From contig OX597815.1 of NCBI GenBank assembly GCA_951406725.2, positions 174,468,001-174,532,000 on the forward strand: 64,000 bases of DNA. The letters are read 5' to 3'. A model generated the notes under the pieces. The model did no database searches and was not told the origin of the DNA. It saw only the letters and a program-made list of their open reading frames with translations. The translations under genes were made by a program, and so were the position numbers. Positions 1-11,179 of the stretch are shown here, piece by piece. Position 1 is the stretch's first letter. Every line of letters begins with the position of its first letter. Source of the stretch: Octopus vulgaris (taxonomy: Eukaryota).

Positions 1-694
1 TATGCTTGGAATACTTTATTGAAGAAAAAATAATTACGCACCTGCCAAACAGAACACCTGCTGGTTGAAAGCTACTAAATTTAATTTAATAACGATACAC
101 GTAGATTTTAGGCCATGACAGAGTGAAGATTTTTCAAAGTGATACAACCACTATAGAAAATCAGATGATCTTTGAAAGAATGCCCACGCAAAACGATATA
201 CGGCCTTGCCCTTCGATTGTAATACCATCGATATTCATATTATTAAAAAAATCTAGAGTCGTTATTAAAAATCACACATAATAAAGCGGATAAAATACTA
301 ATATTTAACTTAAACCATCACCAAAATTGGCTAAATTATTAATGGGTTTGAGATAATTTTGAAAAATAATTTTAATCTTCCCTAAATAAATATTCATTCC
401 AAATTTGAAGGTTATATATCATATGACAGTACTTACTGAGAAAAGGGGAGTGGACAGCTAGGATGATATCTTCTTTGGTTTTATTGTATTAAAACTAAAT
501 TAACAATCTGTGATGAAAAGAAAATCACAGAAGAAAAATTATATAATTATGAAATGCTAATATAGTATCTTAGTTCCAAATGCAGTGGACGACAATAATG
601 CGTCTCGGGATCAATGTCCAAACAAGAGGATATATATCAAACGAAGAAGCTACCATCAGTTCTTATTTTCAAGACAAAACAGTAAATAACTTAC

Positions 695-776
695 GCTTTC
701 TAGCTTCGGCTACTTTCTCGGCAGCTTTCTTTTCAGCAGCCAAAAGTTGTTGTATTCCAGCAGATTGACTAGCCAT
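695..776 (-). CDS. ATP6V1G: V-type proton ATPase subunit G, first coding exon (remaining exons outside the window)
   Basis: ATG at 776-774 reads MASQSAGIQQLLAAEKKAAEKVAEARK(R), close to the animal V-ATPase G N-terminus (MASQSQGIQQLLQAEKRAAEKVSEARK). The 82-nt exon ends at a GTAAGT donor (694-689), phase 1. Not in the ORF track. Confidence 0.96.
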
Positions 777-844
777 AATAGATTTATTTGGAAGAAAATT
801 AGCGAGGTGAAGTACGTGAGGTCTTCTGCAACTGTAGTGGACTA

Positions 845-854
845 GTCATGTGAC
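845..854. promoter_or_regulatory. CLEAR/M-box element (MITF/TFEB site) in the V-ATPase G promoter
   Basis: GTCATGTGAC about 70 bp upstream of the ATG, one mismatch from CLEAR GTCACGTGAC and containing the M-box TCATGTG. V-ATPase genes are established MiT/TFE targets. Confidence 0.75.
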
Positions 855-1478
855 ATCACAAAAGCGGATGTTTGATGACGTTTTATCACTAAGTTTGTGT
901 CAACAATGAGTCGGGATTACCTCCCTTCGCTTTTAATATTTTTGTTGGTTCTCATTGCAATGCAAAGGCAATTAGGGCAAGAAATGGACTTTAGTCAAAC
1001 TATGAACCTCAGTAATATATATACAAGTTCTGGTAATTGTTCAGTTTGCATTCGTAAAAAAAAAAGTGTACAAGGACATAACTAAATACACTAAAGTATG
1101 TTCTCTGATACTTCACTCATTCATGTCACCCCTTCATCCTTATCTGTTATTTACAACTGATTTCTAGCTTCGTTTTCGAGAAAATGATTATTTACTTGAT
1201 ATATAAAACTATTTGTATCTCTCACATATAAATCTGTATTTCTGACTTGTTATCTAGCTATCATTTCTTGGTGCTTTCTTCTTTCCTTTCATAAAACAGA
1301 CTTGCAGCTAAAAGTACGCCTCAAAAAAATAAACAAGAACTGAAAAAAAAACTAAAATGTAAGTTATCAATATTATCGACAATACGTTTTGATTTTACTA
1401 ACGTAAACTGAACAATTATCCAGATTCTTATTTCATAAACACCAACTGACTAGAAAGTTAGTTCAGGCCTTGATGGAT

Positions 1479-1550
1479 GTAAAGAATACGCACACCACCT
1501 GTTTTCGGCGTAACCCTAACCCTAAACAAACGGGTGTGCGTATTCTTTAC
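1479..1550. repeat. Tiny MITE-like hairpin with internal telomere-like TAACCC repeats
   Basis: Perfect inverted arms GTAAAGAATACGCACACC / GGTGTGCGTATTCTTTAC around TAACCCTAACCCTAA; TCAGGCCT is repeated on both sides. Confidence 0.7.
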
Positions 1551-2692
1551 CTTTGCTCAGGCCTCTACTTGGTACTTTCTTCACCATCTAATAATATTCT
1601 TCATAATACGTTAGCGTGGTGTCAAATTGTAAATGGACCAAACGATTAACGAGACTGAGCTTGTGACTTAAGTTCTTTGGCTCACTGCTCTTTACATTTC
1701 TCATACTGTTAATACCTGAGATAGATATGAATATCACGCAATTTCATTCCACCTTCCGTTGGAATTATCGACGAGGACTTTGTGTCTACGTGGGCAATTA
1801 ATATTTATATTGTACAATATTTTTTAACATCACGAAGAAATGAAATATATAAAGGTCTTAAAGAATAAGGAATTTTTTAGAATTTTCCTTATAAAAATAT
1901 TTTTTGAAAATACACTTCGTTGAAATAACGATATTAAACGCTAGTGTAATATACTGAATGTCGAACGCAAGAGAAATTATAATTGACGAAGATGCACTGG
2001 AAAAAAAAAACTTATTTTATATGTGTGTCACCATGAAGAAGCAGTATCCTTGATCTTAGTGTTGTCCCCCGAGACTTGTGAGATTGAGACGGTTCATATT
2101 CAGTTTAAATGTGTAATTGGACGTCTGAAAACGAAATTCCTGACGATTAGGGAATTGAACGAGAATTGGTCATAGTGATACACGCGTAGAGTGGGGAATG
2201 AGGAAAGGAGAGACAGATGGATGTTGGTAAAGGTAGTATGCAACAAGCAAATTATGTGGACCACAGGTAATTGTAGTAGCAATGATAATAGAAGAAAGAG
2301 TAAAGAGACAGCGTTGATATGAGTTAGAGACCGAAGTTTTCTAACCCATATCAGTGAATCTTTGTCAATCAACCCATTGGCTTTCATATGGATGTGTTCT
2401 AAGTTGTTTCTGTACATAAGCAGTCAGTGTTCTATCTATGAGAGCAGTATTCCATTAGGGATCTCACTTGTAATGAATGAGCAACTGTTCAGAGCTAAAG
2501 TATTTTCTGACCCTGAAGAAGACTAGTCTTTGGTATATATTTTTTGCCATGTTATATATATATATATATATATATTATGGAGCAATAAAGATTCAAGTCA
2601 ATTTTAATGAATTTACTTGAATATGGTACCTAACTTAGATGCACCAAAAAACTATACGGTTTTAACCATACAGTAATGTGGGGTGATTATAA

Positions 2693-3013
2693 GCGAGAAA
2701 GAAGCAACAAGAATGGATAAGTTTTTAGTACAATCGTTTCATACAAAGACAGGCTTTATTAAAAGTTGCAAAAATTGCAGCATATAAACGTGTCCCGTAC
2801 TCATCAGCTAAAATACATGTGAGTTCTCTAGACATCTACATTACTTCATGAGTATAGCCTCAACCACTAAGATGTCTAGAGAACTCACATGTATTTTAGC
2901 TGATGAGTACGGGACACGTTTATATGCTGCAATTTTGCAACTTTTAATAAAGCCTGTCTTTGTATGAAACGATTGTACTAAAAACTTATCCATTCTTGTT
3001 GCTTCTTTCTCGC
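2693..3013. mobile_element. Fold-back element (about 145-bp near-perfect inverted arms), Penelope pLTR-like, in (TA)n context
   Basis: Arms 2693-2837 and 2870-3013 are reverse complements apart from a 1-nt indel; each carries a hammerhead core; (TA)n follows directly. Confidence 0.85.
2894..2983 (+). ncRNA. Minimal type I hammerhead ribozyme (mirror copy on the minus strand at about 2723-2813)
   Basis: TTTTAG-CTGATGA-GTAC...GTAT-GAAAC-GATT-GTA^CTAAAA: 6-bp stem I, intact core, long stem II, 2-bp stem III; predicted cleavage after 2977. Confidence 0.75.
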
Positions 3014-3047
<34 letters not shown>

Positions 3048-3210
3048 TGAGATAGGGGTTGTGAGTGCAACCCACCATGGGATAACATGTATCCAATATA
3101 CTGCTAGTAAAGCACCCAACAAAATTAATACATAAATGTAAAGAATTGCGATGCAATTAATTCATTCACTGTATTATATGGGCAAAGGTAAAATGTTTTA
3201 CCACACATTA

Positions 3211-3275
3211 ATAATACAAAATAAGGAAATGGAGAAATACAAGATGTATTTCTCCATTTCCTTATTTTGTATTAT
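3211..3275. repeat. Perfect 31-bp-arm palindrome
   Basis: ATAATACAAAATAAGGAAATGGAGAAATACA-aga-reverse complement, running into (TA)n. Confidence 0.85.
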
Positions 3276-3354
3276 ATATATATATATATATATATATTAT
3301 GGAGATGTACTTGCATAGAAAGTGACTTGATCTGAGATCGTGTGCTGGAACAAA

Positions 3355-3599
3355 AACAATTGCAGCGTGGAAGGTGTTTATAAGCCATTTAAGAAACACA
3401 CAAAACCGTTAGATTCACTTCAACATTTAAATTTAATTTGTTGCATCTCAGATGCAGCACAAAGCTTTGTCAGTGAACAGGTCGCGACCTGAAAGCGACG
3501 AAAATATTTTGACAAATTAAATTTAAATGTTGAAGTGAATCTAACGGATTTTGTGTGTTTCTTAAATGGCTTATAAACACCTTCCACACTGCAATTGTT
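3355..3599. mobile_element. Fold-back element (about 87-bp arms) between (TA)n tracts
   Basis: Arms 3355-3441 and 3512-3599 are near-perfect reverse complements; a hammerhead-like motif sits at the loop/right-arm junction. Confidence 0.85.
3466..3516 (+). ncRNA. Putative variant minimal hammerhead (G3-C8 core)
   Basis: TTTGTCA-GTGAACA-G-GTCGC..GCGAC-GAAA-ATAT-TT^TGACAAA: 7-bp stem I, 5-bp stem II, 1-bp stem III with a palindromic loop. Confidence 0.5.
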
Positions 3600-3972
3600 A
3601 TATATATATATGAAATCATCAATAATTGTGAGGTGTGGTATTTGTTACAACTTTGAGGGTTTAAATTGCATGTTGTTCTTGAGTATGACTAAGAGGGTGA
3701 GGTACAAGATTGTTTCTTTTATACACGTAATGATAATATCTTTGTGCTGCTGAAGTAGACAAGATTATGTTCCCAGTGGTAAGCCTCTATTCATGGAGGA
3801 AGTGCAGGTTTGATGTTAGATGTAAAGGTGGTCTGTGAATCATGCCTGTGTGCAGAAGGTTAGGGAAAAGTGAAAATTGGTAGCATCTGCATAAGATTGA
3901 GCATCATTAGGAGTGACAGCAAGTAAATCATTAATATAGTAAGGAAAATGCATGAGCAACACAGCTGAACTC

Positions 3973-4179
3973 TAACCATTTAGCATTCTGACTACTCTGT
4001 CAAATGTAACATTTATTTATTCACATTCTCTTGTAGCTTTGAGATTTTGATGATATAGTTGTTTATTTTTAAAACAATGTTATACAGCAGGTGTGAGAAG
4101 CTTGATATGACCAGTTTTAACATAAAACAAGGGAGAATATTTTGTCCAGTTATGGTCAGTTTAAATACTAAAGGGTTAA
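3973..4179. mobile_element. piggyBac-like (TTAA-ended) MITE; related copy at about 54155-54373
   Basis: TAACCATTTAGCATT...AATACTAAAGGGTTAA terminal inverted repeats; internal sequence similar to the second copy. Confidence 0.6.
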
Positions 4180-4244
4180 GGTAAGTGGGGGGTCAACTAC
4201 ATTGACTAGGTATATTTTACTGGTACTTTATTGACTCCAAAAGG

Positions 4245-4862
4245 ATCATCATCATCGTTTAACGTCCGCTTTCCCTTCTGGCATGGGTTGGACGGTTTGA
4301 CTGAGGACTGCTGAGCCAGATGGCTGCACCAGGTTCCATTCTGATCTGGCAGAGTTTCTACGGCTGGATGCCCTTCCTAACGCCAACCACTCCGAGAGTG
4401 TAGTGGGCACTTTTATGTGCCATCAGCAGTCAGGCGGTACTGGCAACAGCCGTGCTTAAATGGTGTTTTTTATGTGCCACCTGCACAGGAGCCAGTTCAG
4501 CAGCACTGGCAACGACCTCGCTCGAATGTTGTTTTTCACATGCTACCGGCACAAGTGCCAGTAGGGTGACGCTGGTAACAATCACGCTCAAATGGTGCTC
4601 GTTACATGCCACCAGCACAGAAGTCAGTCAGCAGCCCTAGCAACGATCATACTCGGATCGTGCTCTTAGCGCTCCACTTGCACGGATGCCAATTATGCAG
4701 TGCTGTCATCGAATTTGATTTCTGTTTCACTTGCCTCAACAGGTCTTCACAAGCAGAGTTTAGTATCCAATGAAGGAAAGGTATGCATAAGTGGGCTGGT
4801 TACACCACTGGCATAGGCCAAGGGTTATGGTCTCACTTGGCTTGCCAAGTCTTCTCAAGCAC
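4245..4862 (-). mobile_element. SINE 3' part with RTE-like (GAT)n tail and internal tandem units
   Basis: CATCATCGTTTAACGTCCG...GGATGCCCTTCCTAACGCCAACCACTCC shared with more than 10 copies in the window. Confidence 0.8.
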
Positions 4863-5404
4863 GGGAAATGTAAAACTAGTTACAGTATGAGTTAAACTCA
4901 GAACATAAAGTATATTAAGACAACAGGTTAACACCGTTAGTAAGAGAGGTTATGAAGGTAAAGAAGGTGGATGAAATATTGTAACTGAATAAATTAAAGG
5001 AAGCTAAAAGCAGTTACAGGCAAGACAAGAAAAGGTGAAAAGATTTTAGATTTTTTTTAAAGAAATCTCAAATCTCAGAAAAATAGATTTCAAAAATCAC
5101 TTAAAGAAAATATTGCTTGAAGAATAATATTTAAAAGCTTAGTAAACTTCACAAACTTAAAAAAGCCTTAAAGAAAAGAAAATCAAACATACATACATTT
5201 TAGGCACAAGAGAATATAAAACACAGCTGACTCACGAACTAACAATACACACACCTGTATGTGTGTTCAATTTAGTTTATAAACCTCGAGCTACTTCCAA
5301 TTCATATTGTAGAACAATTCACACCAGCATATGATCATAACATGTACAATGCATTAGTCTAACAGGATATTAATTCTACTATCCGTACTCTTAATAATAA
5401 TAAT

Positions 5405-5620
5405 AGTTGCAAATTTTGGTACAGGGCCAGCAATTTTTGAGGGGAGAGGAAGTCAATTACATCAAGCCCAGTGCTTTACTGGTACTTATTTTATCAGCTC
5501 AAAAGGATGCAAGGCAATGTCAATGTTGGCAGAATTTGAGTTCAGAATGTAAAGATGGACAAAATGCAACAAAGTATTTTGTCTAATGTGTCATTGGTTC
5601 TGCCAGCTTGCAACCTTAAT
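5405..5620 (-). mobile_element. tRNA-derived SINE with Meta-like central domain (degenerate)
   Basis: Homologous to 32310-32525 (CTGGTACTT..TCGACCCCGAAAGGATGAAAGGC). Confidence 0.65.
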
Positions 5621-5659
5621 AATAATAATAATGATGATGATAATAATAATAATAACAAC

Positions 5660-6150
5660 AACAACTGCCCTGATGCAATACCAGGCAGTGACTCTCATGG
5701 CTTTTGATCTTAACTGATTGGAAGTGTTATCATGTACATTGTTTTGTCTTGGTATAAAAGATGGGCTACAGTAAATATTCTGCTCAATACCAGAGATTTG
5801 CTTGTCAGTTGTTTGACCATAACCAGTTGAGCATGTCCTTTAGTGGCTGATGATATGTGCATCTCTGATCATGAGCAGAAGTAATGGGGGAACATCATGG
5901 CCATGTGTTGCAAGGAATTCTTTGGGGTTTGAATAATTCACCTCTGGAAACATGGGTGTTTCATTCATCATCCTTAAACCTTTTGAGCAGGATGGGCAAC
6001 TCGACCTGAAGAAAATTCTAACTGGACTCCATCTGCAAGGTCATGCACTGTTTATCTTGATATAAGATCACCATGTTACACACGTGGTTGTGATGTATGT
6101 GTCTGGTGTACCCTTATCAGATGGGTAGTCATGATGGGTACATTGGTAAT
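5660..6150 (-). mobile_element. Interspersed SINE-like repeat; opposite-orientation partial copy at about 31650-31910
   Basis: CTCTGATCATGAGCAGAAGTAATGG...GCCATGTGTTG matches the reverse complement at 31770-31860. Confidence 0.6.
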
Positions 6151-6364
6151 GGTTTCCCAGTGTCATTTTGGTAGCATGTGCTGCTCTTTCACTCAATGAT
6201 AATGATAACGGAAAATTATTTAAGAATGATCCCTGGCTTACCATCCATGCAGGAAGTGCAAAAGAGTGTCTTAACAGGGACGTCACACATACTGAGAAGA
6301 GCATTGTTGCTGTGAATTTTCTTTCTCTTTTCCCCTTTATTTTCTTTTCTCTTTTATTTTTTTC

Positions 6365-6750
6365 TCTTTTTCTTGTTTATGTCATTTGACTGTGGCCATG
6401 CTGGGACACCACCTTTTAGTTGAAAAAATCGACCCCAAGACTTATTCTTTGTAAGCTTCGTACTTATTCTGTCGGTCACTTTTGCCGAACTGCACCCGTT
6501 TATGTCCCCATTTAAGTAACGGGGACATAAACACACCAACATCAGTTGTGAAGCAACGGAGGTGGGGGGGACAAACACAGACACACACATAAATATATAC
6601 ATATATATATATATATGACAGGCTTCTTTCAGTTTCTGTCTACCAAATCCATTCACATGGTTTTGGTCAGCCCAAAGCGATAGTAGAAGACACTTTCCTG
6701 GAACCATGTGGTTTGGAAGCAAGGTTCTTACCACATGGCCACGCCTGCCA
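6365..6750 (-). mobile_element. tRNA-derived CORE-type SINE (octopus OR-like family)
   Basis: Colinear with 8583-8978, with an internal deletion near the head; a further head fragment lies at about 7030-7140. Confidence 0.8.
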
Positions 6751-8087
6751 CTAATGGCTGAATGCCACCACCACCACCCCACCCATCTTTGCTGGAATAT
6801 ATTTTTAAAAATACGACATAGTTGCTACTTACTTTGAAAGATGTGCAAGATGAAGGCCATCATACAGATATATTTATATAAAGCTATTTCAGGAAATTGT
6901 ATCTTTTATTTTTCCCGGGGCTTCTCCCCCACCCCACCCCTTTCGCGAGCGCGCATTTTTTTTTGTCATATTCGTTTAGAGGAAGTTGTTTTACACCTAT
7001 TACACTTTTCTTTGTTGTTTTTATGACCGGGTCAAACGCTTTAGTTTGACCAGATTATAAGTAGAAGACACTCAAGGTGCTGTGCAATAGGACTGAACCC
7101 AAGACCACATGGTTGGGAAGCAAGTTTCGAAAGCATGCCTACACGACATAAAAGATTTATTGGTACTGTATGTGGTGGGCTATAATGTACAGACAATATA
7201 TTACATTCATCATCGTAGCCCTCTCTAGGCTACATTCTTTCCACGTCGCAAGTCGTACGCTTACCCTAACCACTATCTCCCTCGTGATAAATTTAAAATA
7301 CTTAAAATGAAAGACGACTTGGACAGTCAAAGAGTACAAATCATTGATGCGGAAAACACAGTCTATATCACTTCATTTGAAATTACCATTACGCATCTGT
7401 ACTCATCTACATCAAAAACCACCTTAAATACGCTACCCTTTCCACCTAATTCAAGAGAAACAAAAAGAAACACAGATGTAATACTGATAGCGTTGCTATC
7501 CCTAATAACTGCGCCTAAATACACACCCTATGAAACAAGAAGGACCTACAGAATACAAAGGTCAGAGTGATCAACAAAAGAAAGATTGCGTAATGTGACC
7601 GATGTACTGAGAATAAATATTTCTTTAGAAAAACAGTTATCAAGGGAAGTAACTTTAAACAGTTTATTAACAGAAAGTGTTTGTTGGACCATGTCTCTGT
7701 CTCCCTCTCTTTCTCTTACTCTCACTTCCTCTCTCACTCGCGCGTACGTCGTCTGCTATGATTTTTTGTTTTCATTTCAAATTGTGTTATTGGAGATTGA
7801 TTTACTTTGATCTTGCGAGTGAATCAATCAACCTAATAGTTTTAAAAATATGTTTTCCCTTATAAGTATGACGTATGTGACTATCAAAGAGAACGACAAA
7901 CTGCAACTCTTTTTAACTTTTGTAAGTGCATTAATAACATAAGTGAGATAAACAAGCTGAATGGAATCAACTAGGAAAAGAAAGAGGGAAGGTTTTCTTT
8001 TGAAATTCAAATAGAGGCAGATAGGCTACAAAAAAGTGTAACTAAAACATTAAATTTATGAAACAGTTTTGAGTGTGTGTGTGTGTA

Positions 8088-8240
8088 AAGGCATGTCTGT
8101 GTGGTTGAGAAGTTTGCTTCTCAACTAAACGGTTCTGGGATCAATCCTACTAAGTAGGACTTTGGGCAAGTGTTTTGTATTTGGGCTCATCAAAGTTTTG
8201 TGAGTGGATTTAGTTGATGGAAACTGAAAGAATCCTGTTA
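8088..8240 (+). mobile_element. CORE-type SINE 5' fragment
   Basis: Degenerate A/B boxes followed by TTGGGCAAGTG and GTGAGTGGATTT..GAAACTGAAAGAA. Confidence 0.7.
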
Positions 8241-8324
8241 TTGTTTGAAAAATAGTACGTTTCCATGTTTTTGTTTTTGTTTTCGTTTCTCATTGTGTTC
8301 AAAGTTTTTTTTTATGTCCTGTAC

Positions 8325-8404
8325 CCATGTATGCATGTATATATACAAATATATGTAGGTACGTACATATATGTATGTATATATTTATATATTATTTATA
8401 TCAT

Positions 8405-8447
<43 letters not shown>

Positions 8448-8582
8448 CAAATATACATATATATATATATACAAATATACATATATATATATATATACAT
8501 ACATACAAATATATATTATATACATACATACATACACACATTTATATAAATGTCATATATGTATGTATATGTATATGTATAT
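8325..8582. repeat. (TA)n/(TACA)n compound microsatellite
   Basis: Directly visible; it explains the YI-rich spurious ORFs. Confidence 0.9.
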
Positions 8583-8777
8583 ACTCTTTTACTTGTTTTA
8601 GTCATTTGACTGTGACCATGCTGGAACACCACCTATAGTCGAGCAAATCGACCCCGGAACTTATTCTTTGTAAGCCTAGTACTTATTCTATCGGTCTCTT
8701 TTGCCGAACCGCTAAGTTACGGGGACGTAAACACACCACCATCGGTTGTCAAGCGATGTTGGGGGGGACAAACATAA

Positions 8778-8808
<31 letters not shown>

Positions 8809-8978
8809 CACACACGGCAGGCTTCTTTCAGTTTCCGTCTACCAAATCCACTCACAAGGCTGTGGTCGGCCCAAAACTGTAGTAGGAGACACTTGCCCAA
8901 GGTGCCACGCAGTGGGACTGAACCCGGAACAACGTGGTTGGTAAGCAAGATACTTACCACACAGCCACTCCTGCGCCT
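8583..8978 (-). mobile_element. Full-length tRNA-derived CORE-type SINE (octopus OR-like)
   Basis: Minus strand begins GGCGCAGGAGTGGCTGTGTGG (A box), then GGTTCAGTCCC (B box), CCTTGGGCAAGTG (CORE-like), an internal (CA)/(TA) tract and an AAACAAGTAAAAGAG tail. Confidence 0.9.
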
Positions 8979-9843
8979 AAATTAAAATTTTAAAATGACG
9001 GTGAAAAATTGAATATTAATTTGATTAATATCAATTTAAAACCAGTGGTATAGCATATACAAATCTGAAGCTGCAGAGAATTATATTACATAGATATAAG
9101 AGGGATGACCACAACGTGGACAACCCTTATGCTAGAAGTAGATCCGCTATGGTCTTACCACTAAGAAATGTTCTCAAGAAAATTCAGCAAACGTCAGAAT
9201 GTCATCGAGCAAGACAAATAAGAAATAACAAAAATATAGATTAATCATGGGCATGTTTCAATATCAACATTTACACAATTTCACTTACGTAATTCGTCCG
9301 TAACTCCTCAGCATGCTTGTCATTGTAAATATAATTTGCAGAACTATACACGAGACGTCCGCATGAGATTGGACATGTATACAGTCCTACTAATTACACT
9401 TGGGGTTATTTTTCAAAAGTCCTCGTTCTGGCGCGCTAAAATGCCAGAAATAATTCTGCAGAAAATAACTCTCTGCAGTGAGTTATGCCGGACTTGGCTA
9501 TCAGATTACCTAATAATCCAATACAGAGAAGTGTACCATGCAGTTGAAATCTAAAAGATCCAATCAGTTAAATTACTTCACAAGGAGTATATAAACCATT
9601 GGAGTTATGAGAGATGAATATATTTAGTTAACCACAACTAGCTGACATCTTTATGATTAAGGCCATTTTGTAACCTTCATGTAGTAATAATTTCAGTGGG
9701 GAATAAAATTATGTTTACATGTTTGCATTAATATGCAAGCAATGTATTATACAATAAAATTGTGTATTCACAACTCAATGCAAATAAAGCTAGCTTGCTC
9801 ATTAGATCACCAGAACATCATAGTTACACCAACAGTTCAGTGA

Positions 9844-9900
<57 letters not shown>

Positions 9901-9904
<4 letters not shown>

Positions 9905-10177
9905 CTAGTGGTTGAGATGTTGGACTCACAATCGCGAGATCATGGTTTCAATTCCTAGACTGCGTAATATGTTGTGTTCTTGAGTAAAAACATTTCATCT
10001 CACATTGCTCTGTAATCATTTCGACACCTGACGTGTTGTACACAGTGCACCTGTTCAGACAACATCAATTTGATGTGGAGAGCGAGCTAATGTGCAGCTC
10101 AAATATTTGATTACTATAAACAAATCATTTGTGCAGATTGTTCGGCAAAATGTTGAACGCTCATACGTCGTCTTCGA
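9901..10177 (+). mobile_element. tRNA-derived SINE, second family; copies at about 33175-33420 and 53540-53830
   Basis: TGGCCTAGTGG A box and GGTTTCAATTCC B box; body colinear with 53540-53830; flanked by (TA)n and (CA)n. Confidence 0.8.
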
Positions 10178-10933
10178 CACACACACACACACACACACAC
10201 AATCACAATCACATTCTTTTACGTTTCAGCCTTAAAGTTGTGGCCATGCAATGAAATATTTAGAAAACTGTATCCTAGCGGAGTAGATTTGTTTGCATGC
10301 GATATTTTGATTAAATTTTAAAATTATTTAATTATTTTACTAGAAAAGATTTGTGCTGCAATATCAAAGAATAAGTCCTGGGAGTAGATTTCTTCGACTA
10401 AAGGCAGTGCTCCAACATGGTCGCAGTCAAATGACTGAAACAAGTAAAAGAATATAAAATATTTTAGATGAGTAATACTTTCCATGTAAGTTTCAAAGTA
10501 GCAGGGTAGAGAACTCTTAACGAAACTAAATCCTAAATTTGAAGCTGTTCTAGTTAGCTACAAGTTAAACCGCATTAAAAGAATTTATTCAATGTAAATC
10601 AAACGAAGATATCCTTGAGATGGTAGATAAATTATGCTCGTACACTTAAAAAGACGGAGGAGACAAAATTAGGAAGAAAAGACAGGAAAATTTGTAAGAA
10701 ATGATAATTCGATTAATAAATAGTGGGAAAACACTTGCTTGAAACCGACTGTATGTATCTCATATTAATTTTATTGATTCTCGAGAGAGGAAAGCAAATT
10801 CTATGATGTTAGTATTTAAATGCTTAAATTTGAAGCACCGATTTTTTTTTTTTCTTTTTCTTCTCTTAAATTCATAAATTTCATTTAGCTACATATTTTT
10901 ACAGGAAGAAAAAAAAAGAAAAAGCATTAAAAG

Positions 10934-11086
10934 CAGGCACGGTCCTAGGAATTTTTCGAAGGGAGAGAAAGGAATACAATTCCAGGAGAGAGGAGCATAA
11001 TAACATTATTTAGAAGCGCGCACTTCTTTTCTTGAGGGAGCAACGTGCCCGCCAAGCTCCACCCCAACCTTTTGGGTCCGCCCTTG
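10934..11086. mobile_element. Degenerate MITE with GC-rich TIRs
   Basis: CAGGCACGGTCCTAGG ... TTGGGTCCGCCCTTG imperfect inverted ends, with similar AAAAGYATTAAAA sequence on both flanks. Confidence 0.35.
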
Positions 11087-11179
11087 AAAAGTATTAAAAA
11101 AATCAAATTATCGAGAAAGAAAGAATTGCCTCACCAAGGAAACAAAAAGAAAAATCATCGGTAGAGGAGTATTAAGTAG

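Noticed and set aside
580-768. Plus-strand 62-aa ORF
   Set aside because: Antisense shadow of the V-ATPase G exon.
765-775. TTGACTAGCC, identical to a Y RNA 3' end
   Set aside because: It is simply the antisense of the V-ATPase G start codons.
8900-8978. tRNA-like A/B boxes
   Set aside because: SINE heads, not tRNA genes: no complete cloverleaf, and they continue into SINE bodies.
8265-8985. ORFs rich in YI/HT/CV here and elsewhere
   Set aside because: Translations of microsatellites and SINE sequence.
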